Shown here: positions 9,740-19,381 of the stretch, piece by piece | How the letters are laid out: every line of letters begins with the position of its first letter | How positions within the stretch are numbered: the first letter of the stretch is position 1 | Translations under genes and position numbers: made by a program | Notes under the pieces: model-generated | Databases searched by the model: none | Told to the model about the DNA's origin: nothing | Seen by the model: the letters and a program-made list of their open reading frames with translations, nothing else | From: Vulcanimicrobiota bacterium | GTDB taxonomy: Bacteria; Vulcanimicrobiota; Vulcanimicrobiia; Vulcanimicrobiales; Vulcanimicrobiaceae | Direction of reading: 5' to 3' | Assembly (NCBI GenBank): GCA_963733295.1 | Contig: CAVTCS010000003.1 | Coordinates: forward strand, 1,696,001-1,760,000 | Length of the DNA: 64,000 bases

Positions 9740-11341
9740 GTGCAGCTCTCACTCATAGCCTTAGCGATGATGACGGCCGTCGTAGCTTGCGCCGCCCTGG
9801 GCAAGCGCGCCGGCATCCCGTACCCGATCGCCTTCGTGATCGGCGGGACGCTGCTCGCCTTCATCCCGAGCGTGCCCCGGTTCGTACTCGACCCCAATCT
9901 GGTGTTTCTGATCTTTCTGCCCCCGCTGCTGTACGCGGGCGGTTGGGCCACCGATTGGAACCTGTTCCGGCACAACGCCCGCCCGATCGCGCTGCTGGCG
10001 ATCGGCCTCGTCATCTTCACGACGCTGGTCGTCGCGGCGGTGGCGCACCGGCTCGTTCCGGGCATGACCTGGCCTGCGGCGTTCGCGCTCGGTGCGATCA
10101 TTTCGCCACCCGACGCCGTCGCCGCGGGCGCCGTGTTCGAGCGCTTCTCGGTGCCGCGTCGAATCATCGCGATCCTCGACGGCGAGGGACTCGTCAACGA
10201 CGCCACGGCGCTCGTTATCTACCGCTTCGCGATTGCTGCGGCGCTTACCGGGGTGTTTTCACCGGTGCAAGCCGGGATCGCGTTCTTCGTCGTTGCCGTC
10301 GGCGGCGTCGCGGTCGGGCTCGGGTTCTCCGTCATCTACATTTGGATAAGCCAGCTGCTGCGCAAGCTTCAACTCGGCGACTACCTGCTCGACAACGTCC
10401 TCTCGCTGATCGCGCCGTACGCCGCCTACACAAGTGCCGAGGCGTTGCACGTCTCGGGCGTTCTCTCCACCGTAGCCGCCGGAATTTTCTGCGCGCGGCT
10501 CTCCTCGAAGCTGTTCGTCCCCGAATCGCGGCTCGTCGCGTACTCCGTCTGGGATCTCTTGACGTTCCTCTTCAACGGCGCAGTCTTCTTACTGCTCGGC
10601 CTCGAGATTCGCGAGATCGTTCGCGATCCGTCGTTCGCGCTGCGCGAGCTCTGGATCGGTGTTTTGATCAGCCTGCTGGTGATCGTGCTACGGTTGATCT
10701 GGGTGTACCCGGCGACCTACCTTCCGCGCCTGATCTGGAAGCGCATCAGCCGGGTCGAAGGTGTGCCCAGCTGGGCATTCGTGTTCGTCATCGGGTGGTC
10801 GGGGATGCGCGGCATCGTGTCGCTCGCGGCGGCGCTGGCGGTTCCGTTGCGCGACGCGGCCGGGAATCCGTTTCCGGCGCGCAGCGAGATCCTCTTCATC
10901 ACCTTCTGCGTGATCATCGCGACCCTGGTGTTCCAGGGACTTTCGCTGATTCCGATCATCAAGTGGCTCGGCATTCACGGCGAAGACGACCTGGAGCGGC
11001 GCGAGCGCGAGGTTCGGATCGCGGCGTTGAAAGCGGGAATCAGCCGGCTACGCCAACTCGAACCGGATTTCAATTCGACGACCGAATGGGAAATCGAAGG
11101 CCGGATCCTTTCTGAGTACGAGTATCGCATCGGACACTTGGAAGGTCACACGAAAGTGGACGGCGAGGCCGGCGGGAATCGCGAAGCGGTCGAAGTCAAT
11201 CTCGATCATAAACTCCAAAGCGAGGCCCTTGAGGCGGAGCGGCGCGAAATAACGCACCTGCGCAACGCGGGCACGATCCCGGACGATATCTACCGCAGGA
11301 TCGAATACGACCTCGACCTCGCCACCGAACGCCTTACCTAA
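9740..11341 (+). CDS. Na+/H+ antiporter, CPA1 family (YjcE/NhaK-like)
   Basis: FLPPLLY, LGAIISPPDAVA, GEGLVNDAT, WSGMRGIVSLAAAL; many TM segments. Confidence 0.9.
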   Translation: MQLSLIALAMMTAVVACAALGKRAGIPYPIAFVIGGTLLAFIPSVPRFVLDPNLVFLIFLPPLLYAGGWATDWNLFRHNARPIALLAIGLVIFTTLVVAAVAHRLVPGMTWPAAFALGAIISPPDAVAAGAVFERFSVPRRIIAILDGEGLVNDATALVIYRFAIAAALTGVFSPVQAGIAFFVVAVGGVAVGLGFSVIYIWISQLLRKLQLGDYLLDNVLSLIAPYAAYTSAEALHVSGVLSTVAAGIFCARLSSKLFVPESRLVAYSVWDLLTFLFNGAVFLLLGLEIREIVRDPSFALRELWIGVLISLLVIVLRLIWVYPATYLPRLIWKRISRVEGVPSWAFVFVIGWSGMRGIVSLAAALAVPLRDAAGNPFPARSEILFITFCVIIATLVFQGLSLIPIIKWLGIHGEDDLERREREVRIAALKAGISRLRQLEPDFNSTTEWEIEGRILSEYEYRIGHLEGHTKVDGEAGGNREAVEVNLDHKLQSEALEAERREITHLRNAGTIPDDIYRRIEYDLDLATERLT

Positions 11342-12051
11342 AGCGCCTCAGGTTCGCTCTTGGTCGGCGACACGATTTTGCCGCCACCCTGCGTCAGTCG
11401 TATGCGAACGTGCTCGTGAAGCTCCGGATCGTGATCGAGCATGCGACGCTCGAGTATCGCAAACGACGAGGGCGCGATCTCGATCGCGACGTAATGGTCG
11501 CTTTTTGCCAGCACCCGTCCGCTGACGCGCTGGTGATTCGATATGTCTTCTTCGACGGGTACCGGCAAATACGGACGCGGTTGTAGCGCAAGCGTTGCTT
11601 CACGCGCGACCTTTACGCGATCCTCGGCCAGTTCGCTGCGGAACGTTTGCCGATCGTCCTCTTCCAGAACGTCGAGCGACAGATGCAGATCGGGGCGATC
11701 GGCGAGAAAGGGATACGCAAGGAGCGCTTCCGCGCGATTTCCGCTTTTCGGTTCGCGCGCCAGAACGTAGGTATGCCACGCATCGACGCCGCCCGGCCGC
11801 GCGTGCTCGCGCACGTACGCCGCAACGTCGTCGTCGCTCGTCGCAGACCGTACGGCGGCGGTGACGTCCTCGAGTGCGATGCCGAGCATCTCGAACATCG
11901 TCGCGGTGAATCCGGAGATCGTGTAGACCCCGAGGTCGCCGCCGGGGAGAGTCGCGCGGACCTTGTCGATCGAGCGCGGCAAGAATACGACGCCCGCGAG
12001 TTCGGCGCGCGGCCGGCGCGGGGGCGCTTGGCGAAGATCGAGTGCGTCCAT
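11338..12051 (-). CDS. DUF5069-like protein with an extra C-terminal beta domain
   Basis: DLRQAPPRRPRAELAGVVFLPRSIDKVRA..G.LG.Y...DVLEEDD pattern, followed by ~90 additional residues. Confidence 0.65.
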   Translation of the reverse strand: MDALDLRQAPPRRPRAELAGVVFLPRSIDKVRATLPGGDLGVYTISGFTATMFEMLGIALEDVTAAVRSATSDDDVAAYVREHARPGGVDAWHTYVLAREPKSGNRAEALLAYPFLADRPDLHLSLDVLEEDDRQTFRSELAEDRVKVAREATLALQPRPYLPVPVEEDISNHQRVSGRVLAKSDHYVAIEIAPSSFAILERRMLDHDPELHEHVRIRLTQGGGKIVSPTKSEPEAL

Positions 12052-12069
12052 GTAGGCTGCCTGCTCTTT

Positions 12070-13092
12070 CTAAGTGCCGTAACGGATCGTCGGCTCTTCG
12101 GCGACGACGTGCACGGTCCCGAGATGGGCGAGATGCGCGAGGTGCGCGAGGGTCTCGGCGACTGCGAACTGACGCTGATGTGCGTCCATTTCGAAGAACG
12201 GGGTGCGGCGCCGTGTCCAAGGCAGGCGTTCGGCGACTTCGGCCGCGTTCGCGGGTGCGATCGCGAGCGCTTCCAGAATGAGCCCGGTGCGCGTGTGATG
12301 ATGCTCGATGAGTTGCGCGACGCGCCGCTGCAAGCCGTCGAACGGCTCGCCGTGCGCCGGCAAGACGCGCTGGGCGGGAAGCGCCGCGACCTTCTCGAGC
12401 GAGGACAAGTAGTCGCCCAGAACGTCGTCACGGCGCGGATACCAGGCGCCGACGTGCGGCGTGATCGGATCGAGAACGTGATCGCCCGTCAAAATCGCAC
12501 CGCGCGCGCGATCGAGGAAACACAGGTGACCCGGGCTATGACCCGGCGTCCAAATTGTCTCGAGCGCATGCGGGCCGGCCGCAACGATTACGCCGTCGTC
12601 GATCGTTCGATCCGGTGCGGCAATCGAAAAGCGGCGGCTCGCCTCCTGCATGAAATCGTCGCCGGCGCTGAGCGTCGCCTCGTCGACGCCGTTGCGGGCA
12701 AGCCAGGCGTCGCTTTCGCGATCGTCGGCGGCTAGATCGACGAGCCGGTACTGGACGACCTTCCAATCCAGCTCGTGCATCCAAAGCTGCATCCCGTTCT
12801 GCTCGATCAACTTGCCGGCGAGTCCGTAATGATCGTGATGGAAGTGCGTTACGACGAGCAGTTTGAGGTCGTCGAGTCCGAGTCCGAGCTGAGCGAGCGC
12901 CGCGGTCAGCGCCTCGAAGACGTCGGGCGTATCCCAGCCGCAGTCGACGAGCACGTAACCTTCGTCGCTCGGAATGAGATACGCGTTGATGTGACCGAGC
13001 GGATTGCCTTTCATCGGCAACCGGATCTGATGTAAACCGCCCTCGAGCGCGCTCACGAGCGGCTTCGGCGCACGGACGTCGGAAAGCGACAC
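12070..13092 (-). CDS. MBL-fold metallo-hydrolase
   Basis: THFHHDHYG, TPGHSPGH, TGDHVL, PAHG motifs. Confidence 0.9.
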   Translation of the reverse strand: MSLSDVRAPKPLVSALEGGLHQIRLPMKGNPLGHINAYLIPSDEGYVLVDCGWDTPDVFEALTAALAQLGLGLDDLKLLVVTHFHHDHYGLAGKLIEQNGMQLWMHELDWKVVQYRLVDLAADDRESDAWLARNGVDEATLSAGDDFMQEASRRFSIAAPDRTIDDGVIVAAGPHALETIWTPGHSPGHLCFLDRARGAILTGDHVLDPITPHVGAWYPRRDDVLGDYLSSLEKVAALPAQRVLPAHGEPFDGLQRRVAQLIEHHHTRTGLILEALAIAPANAAEVAERLPWTRRRTPFFEMDAHQRQFAVAETLAHLAHLAHLGTVHVVAEEPTIRYGT

Positions 13093-13096
13093 GACG

Positions 13097-13894
13097 TTAG
13101 GCCGGCGCGCTCTCCGTGCGCACTTCGAGACGCGCGCGGCGCTCGGCGAGCAGTTCGCAATCCGTACGGTCCACGCTCACCGGCGTGATGCTGACGTACC
13201 CGTCGCGAATCGCGGCGAGATCGGTCCCTTCCTCGATTTCGCTTGGATCGAACGATCCCCACAGCCAGTAATACGTGCCGCCGCGCGGATCGGTGCGTCG
13301 GTCCAGCCGGTCGCGATAGGCCTTGCGTCCCTGCCGCGTCCAGCGCGTTCCTTTGATTTCTTCCCGAACGACGTTGGGGACGTTGACGTTGAGAAACGTG
13401 CGTTGGGGCAAACCGTCGGCCAGGATCTCGCGCGCGGTCGCGACCGCGTAATGCGCCGCCGTGTCCCAATGGTGGTCGCGCGCATGTTGCGGCCAGCTCG
13501 CAACGAGCGAAACCGCCATCGACGGGATGCCGGTGACGATCCCTTCAACCGCGCCGGCCACGGTGCCCGAATAGTTAACGTCGTCGCCCAGATTCGCGCC
13601 GCGATTGATGCCGCTGACTACGAGGGCCGGCATCCCCCCGCACAGATCGAACGCTCCGACGACGATGCAGTCGGCCGGCGTTCCCGAACAGCGGTACGTG
13701 GGAACGGCACGCTCGCGAACCTCGCTGAGGCGGACCGGTAAAGCGATCGAGATCGAATGGCCGACGCCGCTGCGATCGTCGTCCGGAGCCACGACGGTGA
13801 CGTCGCCGAGGGCCTGAAGCGCCTCGGCGACGGAGATCAGGCCGTAGCTTTTGTATCCGTCGTCGTTGGTGACGAGGATCTTGGGACGCGCCAC
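13097..13894 (-). CDS. surE: 5'/3'-nucleotidase SurE
   Basis: ILVTNDDG, SGTPADC, SGINRGANLGDDVNYSGTV; start moved to GTG 13894. Confidence 0.93.
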   Translation of the reverse strand: MARPKILVTNDDGYKSYGLISVAEALQALGDVTVVAPDDDRSGVGHSISIALPVRLSEVRERAVPTYRCSGTPADCIVVGAFDLCGGMPALVVSGINRGANLGDDVNYSGTVAGAVEGIVTGIPSMAVSLVASWPQHARDHHWDTAAHYAVATAREILADGLPQRTFLNVNVPNVVREEIKGTRWTRQGRKAYRDRLDRRTDPRGGTYYWLWGSFDPSEIEEGTDLAAIRDGYVSITPVSVDRTDCELLAERRARLEVRTESAPA

Positions 13895-13905
13895 GCTGCT
13901 CGCAA

Positions 13906-14271
13906 TCAGGCCTTCACGTTGGGTTTTCCGGCTTTGTTCAAGCCGACGGCGCCTATGATCCACGAAATGACCGCTAGGATGATCGCTCCCAGGATGCCCG
14001 CCCATAGCGAGTCGACGTGGAAGCCCGGCACCATCAGTCCCACGAGCCACAGCGCAATACCGTTGACCACCAACACGAACAGACCCAGCGTGAGGATGAT
14101 GAACGGCAACGACAGCAACAACATGATCGGCCGGATGATCGCGTTCACGATGCCGAGGACGATGGACGCGATGATGAGCGCCGTGACGGTGTCCGCGTGG
14201 ATCCCGATGTTCAGGAGCGTGACCACCCAGAGCGCTACGGCGTTGATGATCAGACTGATGATAAAGTGCAT
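13906..14271 (-). CDS. 4-TM membrane protein, YvlD/'phage holin family'
   Basis: LGIVNAIIRPIMLLLSLPFIILTLGLFVLVVNG signature. Confidence 0.85.
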   Translation of the reverse strand: MHFIISLIINAVALWVVTLLNIGIHADTVTALIIASIVLGIVNAIIRPIMLLLSLPFIILTLGLFVLVVNGIALWLVGLMVPGFHVDSLWAGILGAIILAVISWIIGAVGLNKAGKPNVKA

Positions 14272-14275
14272 CGAA

Positions 14276-16292
14276 TTATTCTCCTAAAGCCGCCTTGATC
14301 GACGACGCCAGAGCCGGCGTCATGCCCTTCACGGCCGCAATCTCGTCGATGCCGGCTCGTTTGAGCGCGGCGATCGAGCCGAACGTCGTGAGGAGTCGCT
14401 TCTTCCGCACCGGGCCGACGCCTGCCAGCGCGTCGAGCGCCGACTGCGTCATCGCCTTGCCGCGCCGCTTGCGATGGTACTCCACGGCGAAGCGGTGGGC
14501 TTCATCGCGAACCCTCATCACGAGGTGAAGCCCCGGGGAGCCCGGCGGAAGCACGATCGGCTCGGCGCGGTCGGGTACGTAGAGCCACTCGTGCTCCTTC
14601 GCGAGGCCCGCCACCGGGATGCCCCACAAATCGAGCTCTTCGAGCACCTCGACGACCGCATTGAGTTGACCCTTACCACCATCGATCAAGAGCAAATCCG
14701 GTCGCTTGTGGAATTTTTCTTTCCGCCGAAGTTGCGCATCGAGCGCGGTCTCGCGCGCGGCGATGCTAGCCGGATCTTCCTCGCCGGGCGCATTCGTGTC
14801 GGAACGCAGGTAGCGCAGCCGCCGGCGCAGCGTTTCCTGCATCATGGCGAAGTCGTTGGAGCCCTTGTCGTAGTGGATCTTGAAGCGGCGATAGTCGCTC
14901 TTCTTGGCGCGACCCTCCGACGAACACGACCATCGACGCGACGGGGTTCGTGCCTTGAATGTTCGAGATGTCGTAGCATTCGATGCGGTGCGGGGGCTCG
15001 GGCAAATCGAGCGCCGCCGCGAGCTCGGCGAGCGATTTTGCGGAAGCGGTCTCCTGCGTTTCCTGATGCGCGAGAAAAGCCTTGAGATTCTGCTCCGCGT
15101 TCTCGTGCACCAGGCGCATGTACTCGGCGCGCGGTCCGCGTTGGGCGCGGAGCACCCGTACGCGCTGAGCCTTCAGTTCGGAAAGCCAAGCCTCGATGAT
15201 CGGCCGGTCCGAGGGCAAGGTCTCGACCAGAACTTCCTTCGGGATCGTGGCCTGCGTCGCCGGCCGGCGCGCGCGCGCCTTGAGCGCGACGGGCACCTCG
15301 TTATCGCGCGCTTCGCGCAACGCGAGCGGCGAGAATCCGTCGCCGATGCCGCTCGTCGTTTGGGCTGCACGCGCCGTATAGAATTGGCCGAAGAACTCGC
15401 CCATCAGCTCTTCGTCGGGCTGGTCGCCGACGCCGTCGAGAATGAAGTGTTCCTGTCCGATCAGCTTCCCGCCGCGAACGAGGAAGACTTGCACGCAGGC
15501 TTGACCTTGCGCTTTGGCTACCGCGATCAAGTCCATGTCGATCCGCGAGCGCCAGACGACCTTCTGATTTTCGGTCACGCGGCGGACGGCGACGATGCGG
15601 TCGCGAATGCGGGCCGCTGCCTCGAAGTTCATGCGCTCGGCAGCCGAACTCATCTCGTGCTGCAGGCGCTCCAACAGCCGGTCTTGCTGACCCTCGAGGA
15701 ACAGTACGACTTCGTCGACCAGCGTGTCGTACTCGGGTTCCGTCTGAAAGCCGACGCAGGGCGCCAGACAGCGCTTGATGTGATACTGCAGGCAGGGGCG
15801 CTTGCGCTTGCCGTCGATCGGTTCGCGACAGGTGCGTAGCGGAAAGGCGACCCGCACGATGTTGATCAGCTCTCGGATGCCGTGGGCGTTCGTGTAGGGG
15901 CCGAAGTATCGAGCGCCGTCGTCGCGTACGACGCGCGTGAACATCACGCGCGGGAACGGCTCGTTCGTCACCTTGAGATACGGATAGCGTTTGTCGTCGC
16001 GCAGCCTCACGTTGAACGGCGGCTGGTGGCGCTTGATCAGGTTCGCTTCGAGGATCAATGCCTCGATCTCGTTATTGACGACGATCCAGCGGACGTCGAG
16101 GACGCGTTCCACCATCCGCTGCGTGCGCAACGCGTGCGCCGCGCTATCCTGAAAGTACGAGCGCACGCGGTTGCGCAGCGAGATCGCCTTCCCGATGTAG
16201 AGAATGCGATCGTTCGCACCGAGCATCAAGTAGACGCCCGGGGCATCCGGAAGCTGCCCCAGCGTCGCCTCGAGCGCGCGTTCCCCGATCAC
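14276..16292 (-). CDS. uvrC: excinuclease ABC subunit C, with one frameshift at ~14913-14918
   Basis: GIY-YIG (PGVYLM...YIGKA..LRNRVRSYF), UVR domain, RIECYDISN. Continues in another frame as RAKKSDYRRFKI...NDFAMM, LIDGGKGQL, VRDEAHRFA and HhH GVGPVRK. Removing one G restores the frame. Confidence 0.93.
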
Positions 16293-16918
16293 GGCCGTGA
16301 GGCGACTTCTCCGCGGCGCCGCGCGCTTACGACGCGCACCCAAACGTAGGCCACGATCGCTAGGAGTACGAGGAGGATCACTCCCGTCGAGACGCGGTGC
16401 AGCAGCGGCATGATTTCATCGAAATGCTTGCCGAACAGGCTGCCGGTCCAAGCCAAGCCCGCACAGAACAACGCCGATCCGGCGGCGGTATAGATGAGAA
16501 AATAGCGCTTGCTCATGCGCGAGACACCGGCCGGCAGCGACGAGACTCCGCGCACGAATGGGATGAAGCGGCAAACGAAGACGACGACGTTGCCGTGACG
16601 TTCGTAGAACGCGTGGAAGACGTCGAGCTTCGCCTCGCTCAATTTGAGATACTTGCCCCAGCGTGCGACGAAGGGCCGGCCGCCGAAGTAGCCGATCGCG
16701 TACATGATCGAGCACCCGACCAGTTCGCCCAGCGTCGCCACCAAGGCCGTGAGCCACACGCTGGACAGATGCCCCGTTGCGGCGAGCGCTCCCGCCGCGG
16801 GCACCACGAGTTCGGCACCAACGGGCACGCCGATGTTTCCCAGCACCATCACGATAAACAAGCCGGGATACCCGGCTTGGTCGACCATGCCGAGAAAGAA
16901 ATGCGTCAGGTGCTCCAA
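16289..16918 (-). CDS. DedA family membrane protein
   Basis: PVGAELVVPAAG, YAIGYFGGR, VFVCRFIPFVR..SLPAG. Confidence 0.9.
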   Translation of the reverse strand: MEHLTHFFLGMVDQAGYPGLFIVMVLGNIGVPVGAELVVPAAGALAATGHLSSVWLTALVATLGELVGCSIMYAIGYFGGRPFVARWGKYLKLSEAKLDVFHAFYERHGNVVVFVCRFIPFVRGVSSLPAGVSRMSKRYFLIYTAAGSALFCAGLAWTGSLFGKHFDEIMPLLHRVSTGVILLVLLAIVAYVWVRVVSARRRGEVASRP

Positions 16919-16934
16919 AGATAGACCGTCCTCA

Positions 16935-17348
16935 TCACCCAGCTACCTGCGTCTGACCTGGTAAGTTTCCGCAGGACCGGCGCAACAATTCGGCGGCGAT
17001 TCCGCCGCCCTCGACGAGGATCGCGTCGAGCAGCGCCCCCGGCTCGATCTCGGTCTCCAGCGGCGTGCCTTCTTCGGCAAGCTTCACGACGCGGCGCACG
17101 CGCGGTGTAATCAAAATTCCATCCCACAACCGGTCCTCGCCGGTGCCTAGCGCTCGCCGGACCTCGAGTTGGAGAAAATTCCGGTCGGCGTGCATTTCGG
17201 TCAAGCGGCGCTCCACGCCGGGATCGTGCTCCTCGAGCAAAGCGTACAGCAAGTGCTCGACCCCAACGTAGTAGTGGTTGTGGTTCCGGCTCGCTTGTTC
17301 GGCCGCGCGTAACGCACGCTTGGCTGAGGAACTGAATCGAGTAAACAC
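16935..17348 (-). CDS. stand-alone Clp protease N-terminal (Clp-N) domain protein
   Basis: FTRFSSSAKRAL..A...NHYYVGVEHLLYALL...TPRVRRVVKLA; start GTG 17348 (the track's extension runs through the tRNA). Confidence 0.8.
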   Translation of the reverse strand: MFTRFSSSAKRALRAAEQASRNHNHYYVGVEHLLYALLEEHDPGVERRLTEMHADRNFLQLEVRRALGTGEDRLWDGILITPRVRRVVKLAEEGTPLETEIEPGALLDAILVEGGGIAAELLRRSCGNLPGQTQVAG

Positions 17349-17367
17349 GTTTAGGGACGGCCTCTTA

Positions 17368-17441
17368 TCGGGGCGGCAGGATTTGAACCTGTGACCTCTG
17401 CGTCCCGAACGCAGCGCTCTACCAAGCTGAGCTACGCCCCG
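17368..17441 (-). tRNA. tRNA-Pro(CGG)
   Basis: CGGGGCGTAGCTCAGCTTGGTAGAGCGCTGCGTTCGGGACGCAGAGGTCACAGGTTCAAATCCTGCCGCCCCGA; anticodon loop TT-CGG-GA; CCA not encoded. Confidence 0.95.
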
Positions 17442-17550
17442 ATCCCGGCCGCGACCCTCGACCGTTCTCGGGTGCACACCCCGCTCCTTCACTTATCGGC
17501 CCCCCTCCCAGGGCCGCCGCCTCGCACATGAGAAAAGTGAAGTTCGACAT

Positions 17551-18228
17551 ATGAAATACCTGATTGTGGGCTGCGGACGCGTGGGCGCAACCCTGGCAAA
17601 GCTTCTGACCGCCGAAGCCCACGACGTGACGGTCGTCGATGAAAATCCGGCAGCGTTCAAGCGCCTCGGCAGCAACTTCCCCGGCCGAGTCGAGGTCGGG
17701 ACGGGAATCGATTACGACGTCCTCAAGCGTTGCGGCGCGGAGACCGCCGACGGCTTCGTCGCCGTTACCGACGGCGACAACCGGAACGTCATGTCGGCCT
17801 TGATCGCGCAGCGCATGTTCAAGATCAAGAAGATCGTCGCGCGCATCTACGATCCGCCCCGCGGTCAACTCTACCGCGAGCTCGGAATCGAAACGGTCTG
17901 TCCGACGACCCTCGGCGCGAAGATCATTCGCGACAAACTGGCTCACCTGCCGTACGACTCGTCGCCTTCGTTCGATTTCGGCAAGCTCTCGTCGCTCACG
18001 ATCACGCTCGGTGAGGGCGACGACGGGACGCGCGTCGCCGAACTCGAGAAGCCCGGCATCGTGCGCGTCGCCGCGGTGCGCCGCGGCGGCCGCGTGTTCG
18101 TTCCATCGCCCGACGACGTCTTGCACAAAGACGACGAAATCAACGCGATCGTGGCCCCCGAAGGCCTCTCGGAATTCTTCTCGCGCCTCGCTGCGCGATC
18201 GGAGACCGCGCTCGAAGCGGTCATCTGA
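17551..18228 (+). CDS. trkA: TrkA family K+ uptake NAD-binding (RCK) protein
   Basis: IVGCGRVG, AVTDGDNRN, ARIYDP; RCK-C domain. Confidence 0.9.
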   Translation: MKYLIVGCGRVGATLAKLLTAEAHDVTVVDENPAAFKRLGSNFPGRVEVGTGIDYDVLKRCGAETADGFVAVTDGDNRNVMSALIAQRMFKIKKIVARIYDPPRGQLYRELGIETVCPTTLGAKIIRDKLAHLPYDSSPSFDFGKLSSLTITLGEGDDGTRVAELEKPGIVRVAAVRRGGRVFVPSPDDVLHKDDEINAIVAPEGLSEFFSRLAARSETALEAVI

Positions 18229-18908
18229 TGTTCATCATCATCGCCGGCGGCGGCAAGGTCGGCACGTATCTTGCGCGCGCGCTGCTGACGCAGGATCATG
18301 AGGTCGTCGTCATCGAGAAGGTGCCGTCGAAGGCGCAGCGCATGGCCGACATTCTCGAATCCGACGTCACCGTGATCGGCGACGCATGCGATCCGCTCGT
18401 TCTCGACCAAGCCGGCATCGAGCGCGCCGACGTCGTCGTCGCCGATACCGGAGACGACGAGGACAACCTCGTCATCTGCTTGATCGCCAAGAAACGTTCG
18501 AAGGCTCGCTGCATCGCACGCGTCAACAATCCCAAGAACAAGGCGATCTTCGAATCGATCGACCGCGATAAGCCGATCACGCTGGTCTCGTCGACGGAAG
18601 TGATCCTCGATGCGATCAACGATCAAGTGAACACCGAGTTCTCGATCATCACGCGGCTCAAAGACGGCGCCCTCGAGTTGGTCAAGCTGGGCGTCCCGCA
18701 CGACTCGCCCGCCAACGGCAAGCGCATCGTCGACGTCGGCATGCCGCGCTCGAGCATCGTGGTCGCCATCGATCGTAAAGGCACCGATTTGCTCATTCCG
18801 ACCGGCGACACCGAACTTCAAGCCGGCGATCACGTCATCGTGATGGTTAAAAAAGTCAACCGCGAAGACGTGCGCGCGGCGCTAGTCGGAGTTAAGACTC
18901 CGGCCTAG
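18228..18908 (+). CDS. trkA: TrkA family K+ uptake NAD-binding (RCK) protein, second copy
   Basis: IAGGGKVG, GDACD, TGDDEDNL, ARVNNPKN, IPTGDTELQAGD; TGATG coupling to the upstream gene. Confidence 0.9.
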   Translation: MFIIIAGGGKVGTYLARALLTQDHEVVVIEKVPSKAQRMADILESDVTVIGDACDPLVLDQAGIERADVVVADTGDDEDNLVICLIAKKRSKARCIARVNNPKNKAIFESIDRDKPITLVSSTEVILDAINDQVNTEFSIITRLKDGALELVKLGVPHDSPANGKRIVDVGMPRSSIVVAIDRKGTDLLIPTGDTELQAGDHVIVMVKKVNREDVRAALVGVKTPA

Positions 18909-19357
18909 CTTCCCTTCGCAAAGGCATCTGCCATGATCTTCGTGAGATCCGCTTGCGACGCTTCCCGTTTTGTATTTTGGAAGCTCGCCACGTACCAATT
19001 CGTTCCATCGCGTTCGAAGACCATCGTCGCGACCGTGCGGATGAGCCCTTTCACAGGCCCTGCCGGCACGTGTAACTCACCTGGAACGATCGCGACGATA
19101 ACATTCGGTGACAATACCCGGACGTGTTCGATTGAAAACTTGAGCGTGCTCCCGGCGTACGGTCCTTTGAAAATGATGCCGTGCATCCCAACGACTGCGG
19201 TGCGCCCTTTGACATACATTCCGAGCAAATTGATGAAATCGACGTCCGGAGCGCAGCGCGCGGCAAAGGCTTCGCCATCGGCGCGATTCCACGCTGCGTT
19301 CAGGGCATCGATCGTCGGCTGAAGCGAATCCTTAGCGAAGGACAAGTCCACGAGCAC
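18905..19357 (-). CDS. SnoaL/NTF2-like protein (SgcJ/EcaC-like)
   Basis: AWNRADGEAFA...DVDFIN..G....GR..V...H..IF...W.VASFQNT. Confidence 0.8.
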   Translation of the reverse strand: MLVDLSFAKDSLQPTIDALNAAWNRADGEAFAARCAPDVDFINLLGMYVKGRTAVVGMHGIIFKGPYAGSTLKFSIEHVRVLSPNVIVAIVPGELHVPAGPVKGLIRTVATMVFERDGTNWYVASFQNTKREASQADLTKIMADAFAKGS

Positions 19358-19381
19358 CTCCCAAACTTAGTCCACGCAAGC

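Noticed and set aside
13906..14271. Holin as evidence of a prophage
   Set aside because: This family is commonly chromosomal, and there are no endolysin, structural or integrase genes nearby
17368..17441. tRNA-Pro as an island attachment site
   Set aside because: No integrase and no duplicated 3' end; the downstream genes are housekeeping
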